From NCBI GenBank assembly GCA_049580985.1, contig JBAURA010000444.1:1-47768 (forward strand): a stretch of 47,768 nt of DNA. Direction: 5' to 3'. The DNA is from Chloroflexia bacterium. Lineage in GTDB: Bacteria; Chloroflexota; Chloroflexia; QHBQ01; JADMIH01. Below the pieces are notes generated by a model, which saw only the letters and a list, made by a program, of their open reading frames with translations, was not told where the DNA came from and made no database searches. A program made the translations under genes and the position numbers. Every line of letters begins with the position of its first letter. The stretch's first letter is position 1. Shown piece by piece: positions 1-8,498 of the stretch.

Positions 1-521
1 GCTCAGGAGCATGACCCACCACATCCTTAGCCTGATTGAAGAACCGCCTGGCCGCAACCAAATCTCCCCTCTTTGAGAGCATCGAGTCCACCAGGTTGCC
101 ATCCCTATCCACAGCACGATACAGGTAGCACCATTTGCCGTTCACCTTGATATAGGTTTCGTCGACATACCACGACCGACCAGCCTTGCCCTTGCCTCGG
201 GCCCGCAATTGCTCAGTAATGAGTGGGGCAAAGCTAGTTTCCCACTCCCTGACTGCATAGATTGCATAGAACTTCTTTGTTGAACTCAAACCCTCGAGAC
301 AGGAACATTTCTGCTAAGTCTCGTAAGCTCAACTTGTATCTTAATCTCCACAGGATGACTAAGAGCACGATGTCAGTAGGGAACTGAAGATGGTTGTATG
401 GAGTGCCAGTGCGCTCGTTGAAAACCCGTACACAGTCAGAACAACGGAAAGTCTTGTAGCGGAGAGAGGTTTTCCTGGAAAGCTGGGTGGTTGTCGGGGA
501 TGAGCAGTGAGGGCATTTCAT
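1..521 (-). pseudogene. IS6-family DDE transposase, frameshifted and truncated by the window edge
   Basis: ORF 234..521 encodes the N-terminal Zn-finger/HTH part (MKCPHCSS..CSDC..FNERTGTPYNHLQFPTDIVLLVILWRLRYKLSLRDLAEMFL). After ~nt 270 the homologous reading continues in another frame down to nt 1: IYAVREWETSFAPLITEQLRARGKGKAGRSWYVDETYIKVNGKWCYLYRAVDRDGNLVDSMLSKRGDLVAARRFFNQAKDVVGHAPE. This is typical of the start of an IS6 DDE domain. One frame break therefore lies around 255-275. Confidence 0.7.
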
Positions 522-677
522 CGGTTATCCTTGACAAGATGGTTCGGCCTCAGTAAGGATAACGGATGTACAACGCTGTCGCCAGCGTTGTACCGATTTC
601 TGACACAACCCCAGTTGATAGCTATGATGGCCACTAGACTCACTCTATCAGACTTATTCAATTGTTGCAACACAGCC
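1..677 (-). mobile_element. IS6-family insertion sequence, partial (continues past window start)
   Basis: Contains an IS6-type transposase reading frame (see the pseudogene entry). On the minus strand, 677->664 reads GGCTGTGTTGCAAC. This matches the IS26-type terminal inverted repeat GGCACTGTTGCAAA at 11 of 14 positions. It lies ~140 nt upstream of the transposase start, as expected for a left end. An 11-bp perfect hairpin (568-593) lies in the leader. Confidence 0.7.
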
Positions 678-690
678 GGTAAGTGATACT

Positions 691-2400
691 CTAGCAGACC
701 TGATCAGTTGCTGCAACAGAGTCGATGCCAGCACAAGAAGTGGAAAACGCGTAAACCATGGTGTCACAAGCCGGCACGACTACCTGCTCGCCATATACCC
801 CAGGTGTGGTCCTAAGAGGTCGCCCCGTCTTGTACCGGCGCAACACCTCGCCACTCGCGGCATCTACATAGAATAAATGCCAGTTGCCGCACCCCAGGCA
901 TACGACGTCTTCTCCTACTTGCACTATCCCGCCCAGGATACGACCACCCAGGTTGGTGCTCCAGCGCACCTTCCCGGTAATTCGATCCAGCGCCGTCAGG
1001 AGCCCGGTAAAGCCACCGGCTATCACGTAATCGTTCCAAACAAGGGGGGTCATGTACAGATAGTTGGATATGCGCCTCTGCCAGATCAACTCGCCGCCGG
1101 TGGCAGCCAGGCAGTAGAGGTAACCGTCGAAGGAGCCGAAGTACACCCGTCCCACTTCATCCACCACCGGGTTCCCTTTGATCTCTCCTCCTGTGAGATA
1201 GCTCCACTTAATCTCGCCACTAGTCGCATCGGCAGCGTACAGGTAGCCATCGTTGCACCCAACAATCACGAGGTTTAGCTCACTGCTAAAGAAGGGGGAC
1301 GAGTGCACATAGCCACCCAACTCGGCCTCCCACACGGTAGCGCCGCTGCTCCCTTCCACCGCTACCAGGCGACCGCCTTTCTTGCCGTACTCGATCCCCA
1401 CAAACACGCGGTCTTGCTCCCGGTCTAGGGCGGGAGACGAGCCGATCCACTCGCCAGGACGTACCTCCCATACTAACTCACCGCTCTTCGCGTCGAGGCA
1501 GTACAGATAGCCATCGTAGGCACCGAAGTAGACCCTGCCGCAATTGTACGCCGGAGTTGAATGAACTCCGCGCTGAGCGTCGCGCACCGGGTAGCGCCAG
1601 CGCTCCTTGCCATCGAACGTCAGGGAGAGGAGGAATCCTCGATCGCTCCCCACGAAGATCCCATCAGGCGAGAAGCACGGCCCCGACTTGGGCGCACCGT
1701 AACGCCCCTTATTGAGGCCCTCCCAGGCCCAAAGGAGGTCGGGCGCGGACACCTCCCCCAACACTATGCGATCTGAGTTTATGCGCAGCCCAAGTTCACG
1801 CAACGTGAAGAGGTACTCGAATGGGATGCCTTGCTCCACCAGCCAGCGACTTCCAACCCGCTCATAGTTCAGCACAGTCGCCACTGCCACTACCTCTACT
1901 GTGACATTCAGCCCTTGCAGTGTTTCCACCGCCTTCTGAATGGTGGTACCCGAGTTGAGAGTGTCGTCAAGGAGCACTACCCTGGCGCCTGTAGGGAGGT
2001 CGGGACCTTCTACCAGCTTGCCGAGGCCATAGGACTTCTGCTCCTTGCGGATAACGAACCCTTTCAAAGGATAGCCCTCTTCCGCCGCTCTACACAACAG
2101 CGCATAGGTGAGTGGATCGGCCGACATGGTCACGCCACCCACGGCGTCGGGTCGATAGCGGCGTAGCTGCTCCCACAGTAGGTCCGCGGTCTGCTTCAGG
2201 CAGCGACTATCCAGCAGCACTTCGCGGCAGTCCAGGGTCCAGAAGAGAGGATAGCCTTTTGTATCCATCCCTTCCCCGAGCTTCAGCGCCCGGTCCATAA
2301 TGGCTCTCCCCAGCGCCTGGCGTGTCTCGTTATCTGCGCGCGTGTCCCGCGCAGCGTCCCTCAACAGTTGCTTAGCCTGTTCTCTGTAGACTATGGTCAT
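691..2400 (-). CDS. Phosphoribosyltransferase (PyrE-like type I PRT) fused to a PQQ-like beta-propeller repeat domain
   Basis: 569-aa ORF. The N-terminal ~200 aa carry the PRPP-binding loop VVLLDDTLNSGTT. The C-terminal ~350 aa consist of repeated propeller blades: YFGAYDGYLYCLDAKSGELVWE, GCNDGYLYAADATSGEIKWS, YFGSFDGYLYCLAATGGELIWQ, LLTALDRITGKVRWS, HLFYVDAASGEVL. Confidence 0.8.
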   Translation of the reverse strand: MTIVYREQAKQLLRDAARDTRADNETRQALGRAIMDRALKLGEGMDTKGYPLFWTLDCREVLLDSRCLKQTADLLWEQLRRYRPDAVGGVTMSADPLTYALLCRAAEEGYPLKGFVIRKEQKSYGLGKLVEGPDLPTGARVVLLDDTLNSGTTIQKAVETLQGLNVTVEVVAVATVLNYERVGSRWLVEQGIPFEYLFTLRELGLRINSDRIVLGEVSAPDLLWAWEGLNKGRYGAPKSGPCFSPDGIFVGSDRGFLLSLTFDGKERWRYPVRDAQRGVHSTPAYNCGRVYFGAYDGYLYCLDAKSGELVWEVRPGEWIGSSPALDREQDRVFVGIEYGKKGGRLVAVEGSSGATVWEAELGGYVHSSPFFSSELNLVIVGCNDGYLYAADATSGEIKWSYLTGGEIKGNPVVDEVGRVYFGSFDGYLYCLAATGGELIWQRRISNYLYMTPLVWNDYVIAGGFTGLLTALDRITGKVRWSTNLGGRILGGIVQVGEDVVCLGCGNWHLFYVDAASGEVLRRYKTGRPLRTTPGVYGEQVVVPACDTMVYAFSTSCAGIDSVAATDQVC

Positions 2401-2469
2401 TCTATATTAGCCTCTTCCAGTTGTTTGACATTTTCGCACTTGTGCATCGTCCTAACCACGCTTCTCCCT

Positions 2470-5424
2470 CTAGGTATGGGCGGTATAGAAACCTGGTTCA
2501 CCATAGTCTTTACCACCATCCGAATCGCCGACGACCGGCTTAATGCCAAACGCGGATGCGCATGCCTCCTCCAGGGACATCCACCAACCTGCCTCCCATA
2601 TGGCTTCGGCTGCGGGTCCCAACGTTTCGCGTGTCGACTGCAATAAAGGCTCTAGCCAGGCGCGGACGCGGGCGGAAAGGGGGGCCCCTATACTCTCCCT
2701 GAGAGAGGCGGCTGCCGCCGCCAGCCGCAATGCCGATTCAAGACTCTGCCAGGTAGCGGCCAGACGAGCAAATACTTCGAGAGAGGCGGCTATACCCTCT
2801 TTGTCATTGAGCTCATGCTTGAGGCGCAAGCTCTCCTCCCAATGCTCATAGGCCTCGTTGTACCGCTCTTCGGCGAACAGTAGATTCCCCAGGTCATGTA
2901 GAGCGTGGGCAATGCCTTGTGTATCGTTCAGATCGCGCCTGATCAGCAAACATTCATCCAGGTAGGTGCGGGCCTGGCCGAAGTCTCCCGCTTCGAAGGT
3001 CAACACTCCCAGCCCCTCCAGCGAGGCCGAAGTGCCATGTCTGTCTTTCAGTTGGCGCCTGATCTGTAGGCTTTCCTGGTAGAACTGGCGCGCCTCGGCA
3101 TCGTCGCCGGTCTCCTGAGCAATAATGCCGAGGTTGTTGAGCGTAGAGGCGATAGACCGTTTTTCCCCGAGCCGCCGCTTGATATCTAAACTCTCCTGGT
3201 AGAGAGCACGCGCCCCCTTGTAGTCACCCTGGCGATAAGTCACACTCGCCAGATTGTTGAAGGAGGCGGCGATCCCCTGGAGGTCTCCAAGCTGTTGCCT
3301 GATCGCCAGGCTCTCCAGGTAGAGCTTGCGGGCTTCGTTATAATCGCCCTGGCGATGGCTCAAGTTGCCGGCACCGTTCAGAGCTTTGGCTCTTGCTGCC
3401 AGCGCCGCGTTGGTCAGCTTACCGGGGTCGGCGTGTTGAAGTACCCTGTTAAGCTCCAGTAGGCCCTCCTGTATATACCCCCTTACCTCGTCATCAGACC
3501 CGCCCACCCCAACAAGATCGAGCATGAAGCCGTTTCCATTGGTATGTAGCTCGGTGACGGCCAGGGCCTCGGCAAGCCTGCGCCGACCTTCGGTGAGGTA
3601 ACTGCGAACCACCCAGAAGCGGGCAAGCGCCCCCGCGATCCTCAGGGCTTGCTCAATGCAGTTGTTTGCCAGCGCCCAGGTCAGTGCCACTCTCATATTA
3701 TCGTGCTCAAGCTCCAGGCGATTCAGCCAGGTAGCCTGTGCCGCGCCAGCCAATTGGGGCTCGGCTTCCTCAGCAAGGGCCATATAGTGTGCCAGGTGCT
3801 GCTCGTGAACCATCTGTTCCTCTCCACTTTCGAGCAACCTTTCGTGAGCATACTCGCGCACCGTTTCGAGCATCGTAAAGCGAGGCTCGCCATCGTCCTG
3901 AACATCCTGGCGCAACAGGCTCTTACTAACTAACGACTCCGTCTCGTTCAGCACGTCAATCTCGGTGGAGTCTTCTATTATGCAAACGCTTTCCATTGCC
4001 TCCAGGGTGCACCCGCTCACGAATACCGCCAGCCTGCGGAATAGGGCCCTGTCCTCCGCGCTGAGCAGGTCGTAGCTCCAATCTATGGCCGCGCGCAGAG
4101 TCTGTTGCCTGGCAGGTAGATCCTTGGCCCCTCCCGTCAAGATCTTGAGCCGGCTCTCAAGGCGCGCCAGCATTGTCTGGGGTGGGAGCAACCTGATACG
4201 GGCAGCCGCAAGCTCCAGCGCCAGGGGCAAGCCGTCGAGTTTATTGCATATCGCTACGACGGCGGCTGCGTTCTCTGTGGTCAATTCGAAATCAGGCTTG
4301 ACCGCCTGAGCTCTGTTCAGGAAGAGTTGGATCGTCTCGTTCTCCAGGAGCGTCTCGAGCGATACTTTACGCCGAGGGTCCGGCAAAGCCATCGGTGGCA
4401 CCGCATGTTCCTTCTCACCATAGATGCGGAGGGCGGACCTGCTGGTCACCAGGAGTTTCAGGTTGGCGCAGCCTGACACGAAAGTTGAGATCAGCATGGT
4501 CGCTCCCAGAACCTGCTCGAAATTATCCAGGATCAGCAGCATCTGCTTCTCTTTGAGGTGATCCTTCAAACTGTCGACCAATGAGCGCCCATCGACTTCC
4601 GCCACGCTCAGCGCCCCGGCAATCGCCGAGGCGACCGAACTAGGATCGAGTTCATTGGCCAGAGCTACAAAGAAAACTCCATCGTTGAAGTTGTCGATCA
4701 TCTCCGCGCCTACTTGCAAGCTCAGGCGGGTCTTGCCTGTGCCGCCCAGGCCGGTCAGGGTCATCAAGCGCATATCGTCCCGTTGTAGCTGCTTCTTTAG
4801 GAACTCTACCTCGCGCGCGCGCCCGATAAAGGGGGTGCTTTGCAGAGGCAGATTGTGAGGCCGGTAGTTGAGGGTTTTGAGAGGCGTCGCATTTTGAGGG
4901 AGAGACTCAATGCGTAGTTGGTATATATGCTCGGGGCGTTGCAGATCCTTCAGGCAATGCTCGCCCATGTCCTCCAGCCGCGTGCCCGGAGGGAGCACGC
5001 TGTTCACCAACTCCTCAGTTGTAAGCGATAGGAGGACCTGGCCGCCATGTCCGGCTGATAGGAGACGCGCCACCCTGTTCACTGCGGGGCCGAAGTAGTC
5101 GCCGTCCCGCTCCTCTGTCATGCCGGTGTGGAGGGCCATACGCACCTTGATGCCCCCAACCACTTCCCACTGCCCCTTGTGGAGCGCTTGCTGCGCCTCC
5201 ACGGTAGCCACTATAGCGTCGCTGGCGCGGGCAAAGGCCACGCAGAAAGCATCGCCTATTGTCTTGAAGACATAGCCTTCGTGAGCAGTAAAGATCTCCT
5301 TTAGGAGGGCATCGTGCCTGGCCAGGTCCCCACGCATGGCACCAGGCTGCTCTTCCCAACGCTTGGTGCTCCCCTCTATGTCGGTGAAGAGGAATGTGAC
5401 GGTACCACTAGGTAGCTTTTCCAC
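2470..5424 (-). CDS. Class III adenylate/guanylate cyclase domain + STAND (NB-ARC-like) P-loop ATPase + TPR repeats
   Basis: 984-aa ORF.
- Cyclase motifs: GTVTFLFTDIEGSTKRWE, GDAFCVAFA, VRMALHTG..GDYFGPAVNRVARL.
- Walker A: LTGLGGTGKTRLS.
- Walker B-like: MLLILDNFEQV.
- STAND core: LDGLPLALELAAAR.
- C-terminal region: a run of 40-aa TPR units (NNLASVTYRQGDYKGARALYQESLDIKRRLGE and similar). Confidence 0.88.
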   Translation of the reverse strand: MEKLPSGTVTFLFTDIEGSTKRWEEQPGAMRGDLARHDALLKEIFTAHEGYVFKTIGDAFCVAFARASDAIVATVEAQQALHKGQWEVVGGIKVRMALHTGMTEERDGDYFGPAVNRVARLLSAGHGGQVLLSLTTEELVNSVLPPGTRLEDMGEHCLKDLQRPEHIYQLRIESLPQNATPLKTLNYRPHNLPLQSTPFIGRAREVEFLKKQLQRDDMRLMTLTGLGGTGKTRLSLQVGAEMIDNFNDGVFFVALANELDPSSVASAIAGALSVAEVDGRSLVDSLKDHLKEKQMLLILDNFEQVLGATMLISTFVSGCANLKLLVTSRSALRIYGEKEHAVPPMALPDPRRKVSLETLLENETIQLFLNRAQAVKPDFELTTENAAAVVAICNKLDGLPLALELAAARIRLLPPQTMLARLESRLKILTGGAKDLPARQQTLRAAIDWSYDLLSAEDRALFRRLAVFVSGCTLEAMESVCIIEDSTEIDVLNETESLVSKSLLRQDVQDDGEPRFTMLETVREYAHERLLESGEEQMVHEQHLAHYMALAEEAEPQLAGAAQATWLNRLELEHDNMRVALTWALANNCIEQALRIAGALARFWVVRSYLTEGRRRLAEALAVTELHTNGNGFMLDLVGVGGSDDEVRGYIQEGLLELNRVLQHADPGKLTNAALAARAKALNGAGNLSHRQGDYNEARKLYLESLAIRQQLGDLQGIAASFNNLASVTYRQGDYKGARALYQESLDIKRRLGEKRSIASTLNNLGIIAQETGDDAEARQFYQESLQIRRQLKDRHGTSASLEGLGVLTFEAGDFGQARTYLDECLLIRRDLNDTQGIAHALHDLGNLLFAEERYNEAYEHWEESLRLKHELNDKEGIAASLEVFARLAATWQSLESALRLAAAAASLRESIGAPLSARVRAWLEPLLQSTRETLGPAAEAIWEAGWWMSLEEACASAFGIKPVVGDSDGGKDYGEPGFYTAHT

Positions 5425-5472
5425 CGACGCCTCCCTGGATCTGCTGTCTCAAACGGATGCTTCTATTGCTGA

Positions 5473-6351
5473 TCAGGATATCACATCTAATTTCTCAGAG
5501 GCTGTAGCCTCTATAGGGCCAGCGGCGAATTCCGCCTGCGGCGCTACGTTAGCGGAGGTAGCCCGCAGGATTGTTTTCAACTGGAAGAGAGTCAGGCCGG
5601 GGTGCTTACCCAGGATGCGAGTTACTATGCCTGTCATATGCGGCGCGGCAAAGCTATTGCCGGTAGCGGTGATGTAACCCCTGTTCAGCCAGGCCAACCT
5701 CACGTCTATGCCAAACGCCCCGAACTCCACGGGCGGACTGGGGTTGTAGTAGTAGAGGTAGGGATCCGGGGTGTCGTGGGAAGCCACAGAGATAACCGAG
5801 GAGTAGACCGAAGGGAAACTGGGCACAGGCATATTATTGGCTGCGGTAACTAATATCGTATTCTGAAAGTATGCCTGGTCGGCAATCTCGTGAAAGAGCG
5901 CATAGAAGTCTTTCTTAGTGGTGCCGAGACTGAGGTTGCACACATGTATGCCGTTCTCAACGCACCAGCGGAGGCCGGCAGCGAATACGGCGCCCCGTCC
6001 GATCAGCCCCGCCCCCAGCACTCTCACACTGTACAGTTCGCATTCAGGCGCTAGCGAGCGGATGATTGCGGCGCAGGCCGTGCCATGTCCATAGAGGTCC
6101 TCATGCGGCTCCTCGTTGTATGTGATGTTACCTGCCCGCTCGCTTATTGCCACGTAGCCGTTTACCGGCCCGGCCACTGCGGGGTGGTCGGCATCTATAC
6201 CACTGTCAATCACCCCTACCTTGACGCCCTGGCCTGTGCTGTTCCTCCACGCCCACTCGCTATTGATGGCTTCAAGTGGCTGCAATGGAGCAAGCTGTTG
6301 GAGCGCTTCGGACGTGAACTGCCACCCCCATGCAGGTCTACGGGTTGTCAT
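5473..6351 (-). CDS. S8 (subtilisin-family) serine peptidase, no signal peptide or propeptide apparent
   Basis: 292-aa ORF. The catalytic triad contexts are present: VGVIDSGIDADHP (Asp), YGHGTACAAII (His) and TGNSFAAPHMTG (Ser). The N-terminus is not hydrophobic. It lies 9 nt downstream of the GAF gene and 48 nt upstream of the cyclase gene. Confidence 0.85.
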   Translation of the reverse strand: MTTRRPAWGWQFTSEALQQLAPLQPLEAINSEWAWRNSTGQGVKVGVIDSGIDADHPAVAGPVNGYVAISERAGNITYNEEPHEDLYGHGTACAAIIRSLAPECELYSVRVLGAGLIGRGAVFAAGLRWCVENGIHVCNLSLGTTKKDFYALFHEIADQAYFQNTILVTAANNMPVPSFPSVYSSVISVASHDTPDPYLYYYNPSPPVEFGAFGIDVRLAWLNRGYITATGNSFAAPHMTGIVTRILGKHPGLTLFQLKTILRATSANVAPQAEFAAGPIEATASEKLDVIS

Positions 6352-6360
6352 ATGCTGTCC

Positions 6361-7257
6361 CTATTCTGCCAACACCTGGGGACGTCCACGCAGGTATTCC
6401 AGGAACCCTGCCAGCACGGTTCTGCATAAAGCAATCCCTTCCTCGCCATACCCGGCGATCTGCTGGATCAACCCGGCCAATTCCAGGGCGCCTCTCAGCG
6501 CCGGCATCTCTCCGATAGCCTCTGAGATCAGGCGTGCCTCCTCCTCAGCACCCGAGGCCCCTCTTAGCAATTGCAAAATCAAAGCGTTCAAGTCTGTGTT
6601 TACGCGCGACATCTCCAGGGCCGCGGAGGCCTGGTTGGCGAATAAACCAAGTAGTTCTATGTCGGCTGCATTGAAGGCTGCCCCGCCCTCTTTGTCGAGC
6701 AATTCTAGGACGCCGATCACTTCCCCCTCGTAGAATAGCGGCATACAAAGTATCGTCTTGGGCACATAATCCACGGCACGCTGTATATCCTCGGCTCTAC
6801 GTATATCTTGATCGGCATTTGAGACAGCCATCGGCTGTCCCGTAACCGCCACCAGGCCTGCTATTCCATGTCCCACCGGCACTCTGAACTTCTTGACCTC
6901 CTCGGCTTTGCCTCCGATAGCTACCTCGAATATCAATTCCTCTGTGTCACGATCCAGCAAGAAGAGAGCCCCCGCCCCCGCGCGAATCACCTGAGCCGCC
7001 GTTTCCACGATCGACTCCAGCACCCTGGTGTGCCTGGTGGTAGAGGCCATGGTACCCGCTGAAGAGGCAAGGACCAGCGCGCGGTACAGGCCATCAGCGG
7101 CCTTATCGCCCTCTATCAGGCGTCTCAACCGTCGGATCTCCTCCTGGTCCCTTGAGACGCTGCCATCATCCTCGCCCCTGTCGCCCCTGCGCGCGGCATT
7201 TTCGGACCAATCTCCAACCATCAAGCGTCTCCCTCCTCTACTTCCCGGCTTGCCCAC
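6361..7257 (-). CDS. GAF domain-containing protein
   Basis: 298-aa ORF. An Arg/Gly-rich N-terminus is followed by a GAF-like core (LESIVETAAQVIRAGAGALFLLDRDTEELIFEVAIG ... GIAGLVAVTGQPMAVSNA ... ILCMPLFYEGEVIGVLELLDK). The annotated start is GTG. An in-frame ATG 12 codons downstream is an alternative start. Confidence 0.7.
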   Translation of the reverse strand: MGKPGSRGGRRLMVGDWSENAARRGDRGEDDGSVSRDQEEIRRLRRLIEGDKAADGLYRALVLASSAGTMASTTRHTRVLESIVETAAQVIRAGAGALFLLDRDTEELIFEVAIGGKAEEVKKFRVPVGHGIAGLVAVTGQPMAVSNADQDIRRAEDIQRAVDYVPKTILCMPLFYEGEVIGVLELLDKEGGAAFNAADIELLGLFANQASAALEMSRVNTDLNALILQLLRGASGAEEEARLISEAIGEMPALRGALELAGLIQQIAGYGEEGIALCRTVLAGFLEYLRGRPQVLAE

Positions 7258-7262
7258 GGTGA

Positions 7263-8180
7263 TCAGATTACCTGTATTGCGCGCCGTCCTTCTTTACCCT
7301 TCCCTTCTGTGGCGGGCCTGCGCGCCAGCACCTCACCAAAGATTATTGGCAGGTGCGAATAGTTGTATGCATGGAGCTTGCCGAACTCGGTGAGATTGGC
7401 CTTCTCACCAACTGTTTCAATCATACCTTTATAAAACCGATTTCCCACGGCCACCTGCCCCGCGTCCTCGTAGCTACCGTCGTGCCTGCCAAGATCACCT
7501 GTACGGATGTCGGTGAAGCCGGTTGTAGCCAGTACCGTAGCAAGCTGGCTCATAGTAGTTGTTCTGTAGACGTAAATGCGGTCAAACCGCGCCAGATCAG
7601 CCCGTTCTGCTAGGGTAAGTTCTCCCTCTCTGCAGAAGACGTCCTTGATGTAAAGAGTGCCCCCTGGCCTGAGTACGTTGAACACGCCGGAGAAGAGCCG
7701 TTCCATGTTATACGAATAGCCTGCGGTCTCCAAGAAGAGCACAACATCGTACGTCCCATCGGCGAAAGGCAGGTAGTGGTAATCCCCAATGTACACATTT
7801 ATCGCACCTGCTAGCCCCGCCTCCTGTACGAGTCCTGTGCCTATCTTGGCTTGCACAAAAGATAGGGTAATGCCGTCGATGCGAACCCTATCTATGGCCG
7901 AGGCGATGTCTATACTCGGGCCGCACACGCCACAGCCTGCGTCCAACACCCGATCGCCGGGCTTGATGCCGGCCATCGATGCACAATACAGGTTCGATTC
8001 TCTGGCTGCCTCGGCATTGGGGGCTGACTCGACCACCCCTTTTTCGACTAATCCCGACTGGATAGTGGTACCGACGCTCTTCAGATATGCGGGCGTGGAG
8101 AGGTCATAGTAAGCTCTGATCTCTTGGATGTACCCCAGGTCCGCCTCAATCTCAACAGCTCTACCCATAGACCTATCCAC
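7263..8180 (-). CDS. Class I SAM-dependent methyltransferase
   Basis: 305-aa ORF. Motif I is DRVLDAGCGVCGP. Post-I and motif II/III-like segments are YDVVLFLET and LRPGGTLYIKD. The start is GTG and the gene is first in the minus-strand operon. Confidence 0.8.
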   Translation of the reverse strand: MDRSMGRAVEIEADLGYIQEIRAYYDLSTPAYLKSVGTTIQSGLVEKGVVESAPNAEAARESNLYCASMAGIKPGDRVLDAGCGVCGPSIDIASAIDRVRIDGITLSFVQAKIGTGLVQEAGLAGAINVYIGDYHYLPFADGTYDVVLFLETAGYSYNMERLFSGVFNVLRPGGTLYIKDVFCREGELTLAERADLARFDRIYVYRTTTMSQLATVLATTGFTDIRTGDLGRHDGSYEDAGQVAVGNRFYKGMIETVGEKANLTEFGKLHAYNYSHLPIIFGEVLARRPATEGKGKEGRRAIQVI

Positions 8181-8395
8181 TATCTTTCTCTGCTACGTCT
8201 CATGTCGATCCTCACGGGCTATTTAGAGCAGCTAGCAAAACCTGTTCTAGGGGCGGGTTTGCAACCCGCCTCTACCCGCCTGCCACCCGGTTTAGTATGC
8301 ATTCTTAATGGGTGAGGGAAAGTTGAGAGACATCGCTAAATGCCCGGCAGGAAATTTCACCTACATCCCCTCCAGGCAAGGCAATCTTAGGAAGG

Positions 8396-8427
8396 ATATA
8401 ACATGTCATGGTGACAAAGAGGTGACA
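8396..8427 (-). promoter_or_regulatory. Two TGTCACC heptamers at 11-bp phasing followed by CATGTTATAT (putative SARP operator plus -10 region) upstream of the methyltransferase operon
   Basis: The minus strand reads TGTCACC tctt TGTCACC atga CATGTTATAT. The heptamers are at 8427-8421 and 8416-8410. The lanA1 promoter has the same geometry: TGTCACT acgg CATGTTATGA. Confidence 0.5.
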
Positions 8428-8498
8428 GAGAGGTCTGCAATCGCGGATGCCCTACGCCTCTTTTCGCTCCGAATACGTCCCTTACTCTCCCCTACCAC

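Noticed and set aside
8252-8270. GC-rich 8-bp hairpin (GGCGGGTT/AACCCGCC) in the leader of the methyltransferase operon
   Set aside because: The stem is short, the loop is minimal and there is no U-tract on either strand. This is not enough to call a terminator or attenuator.
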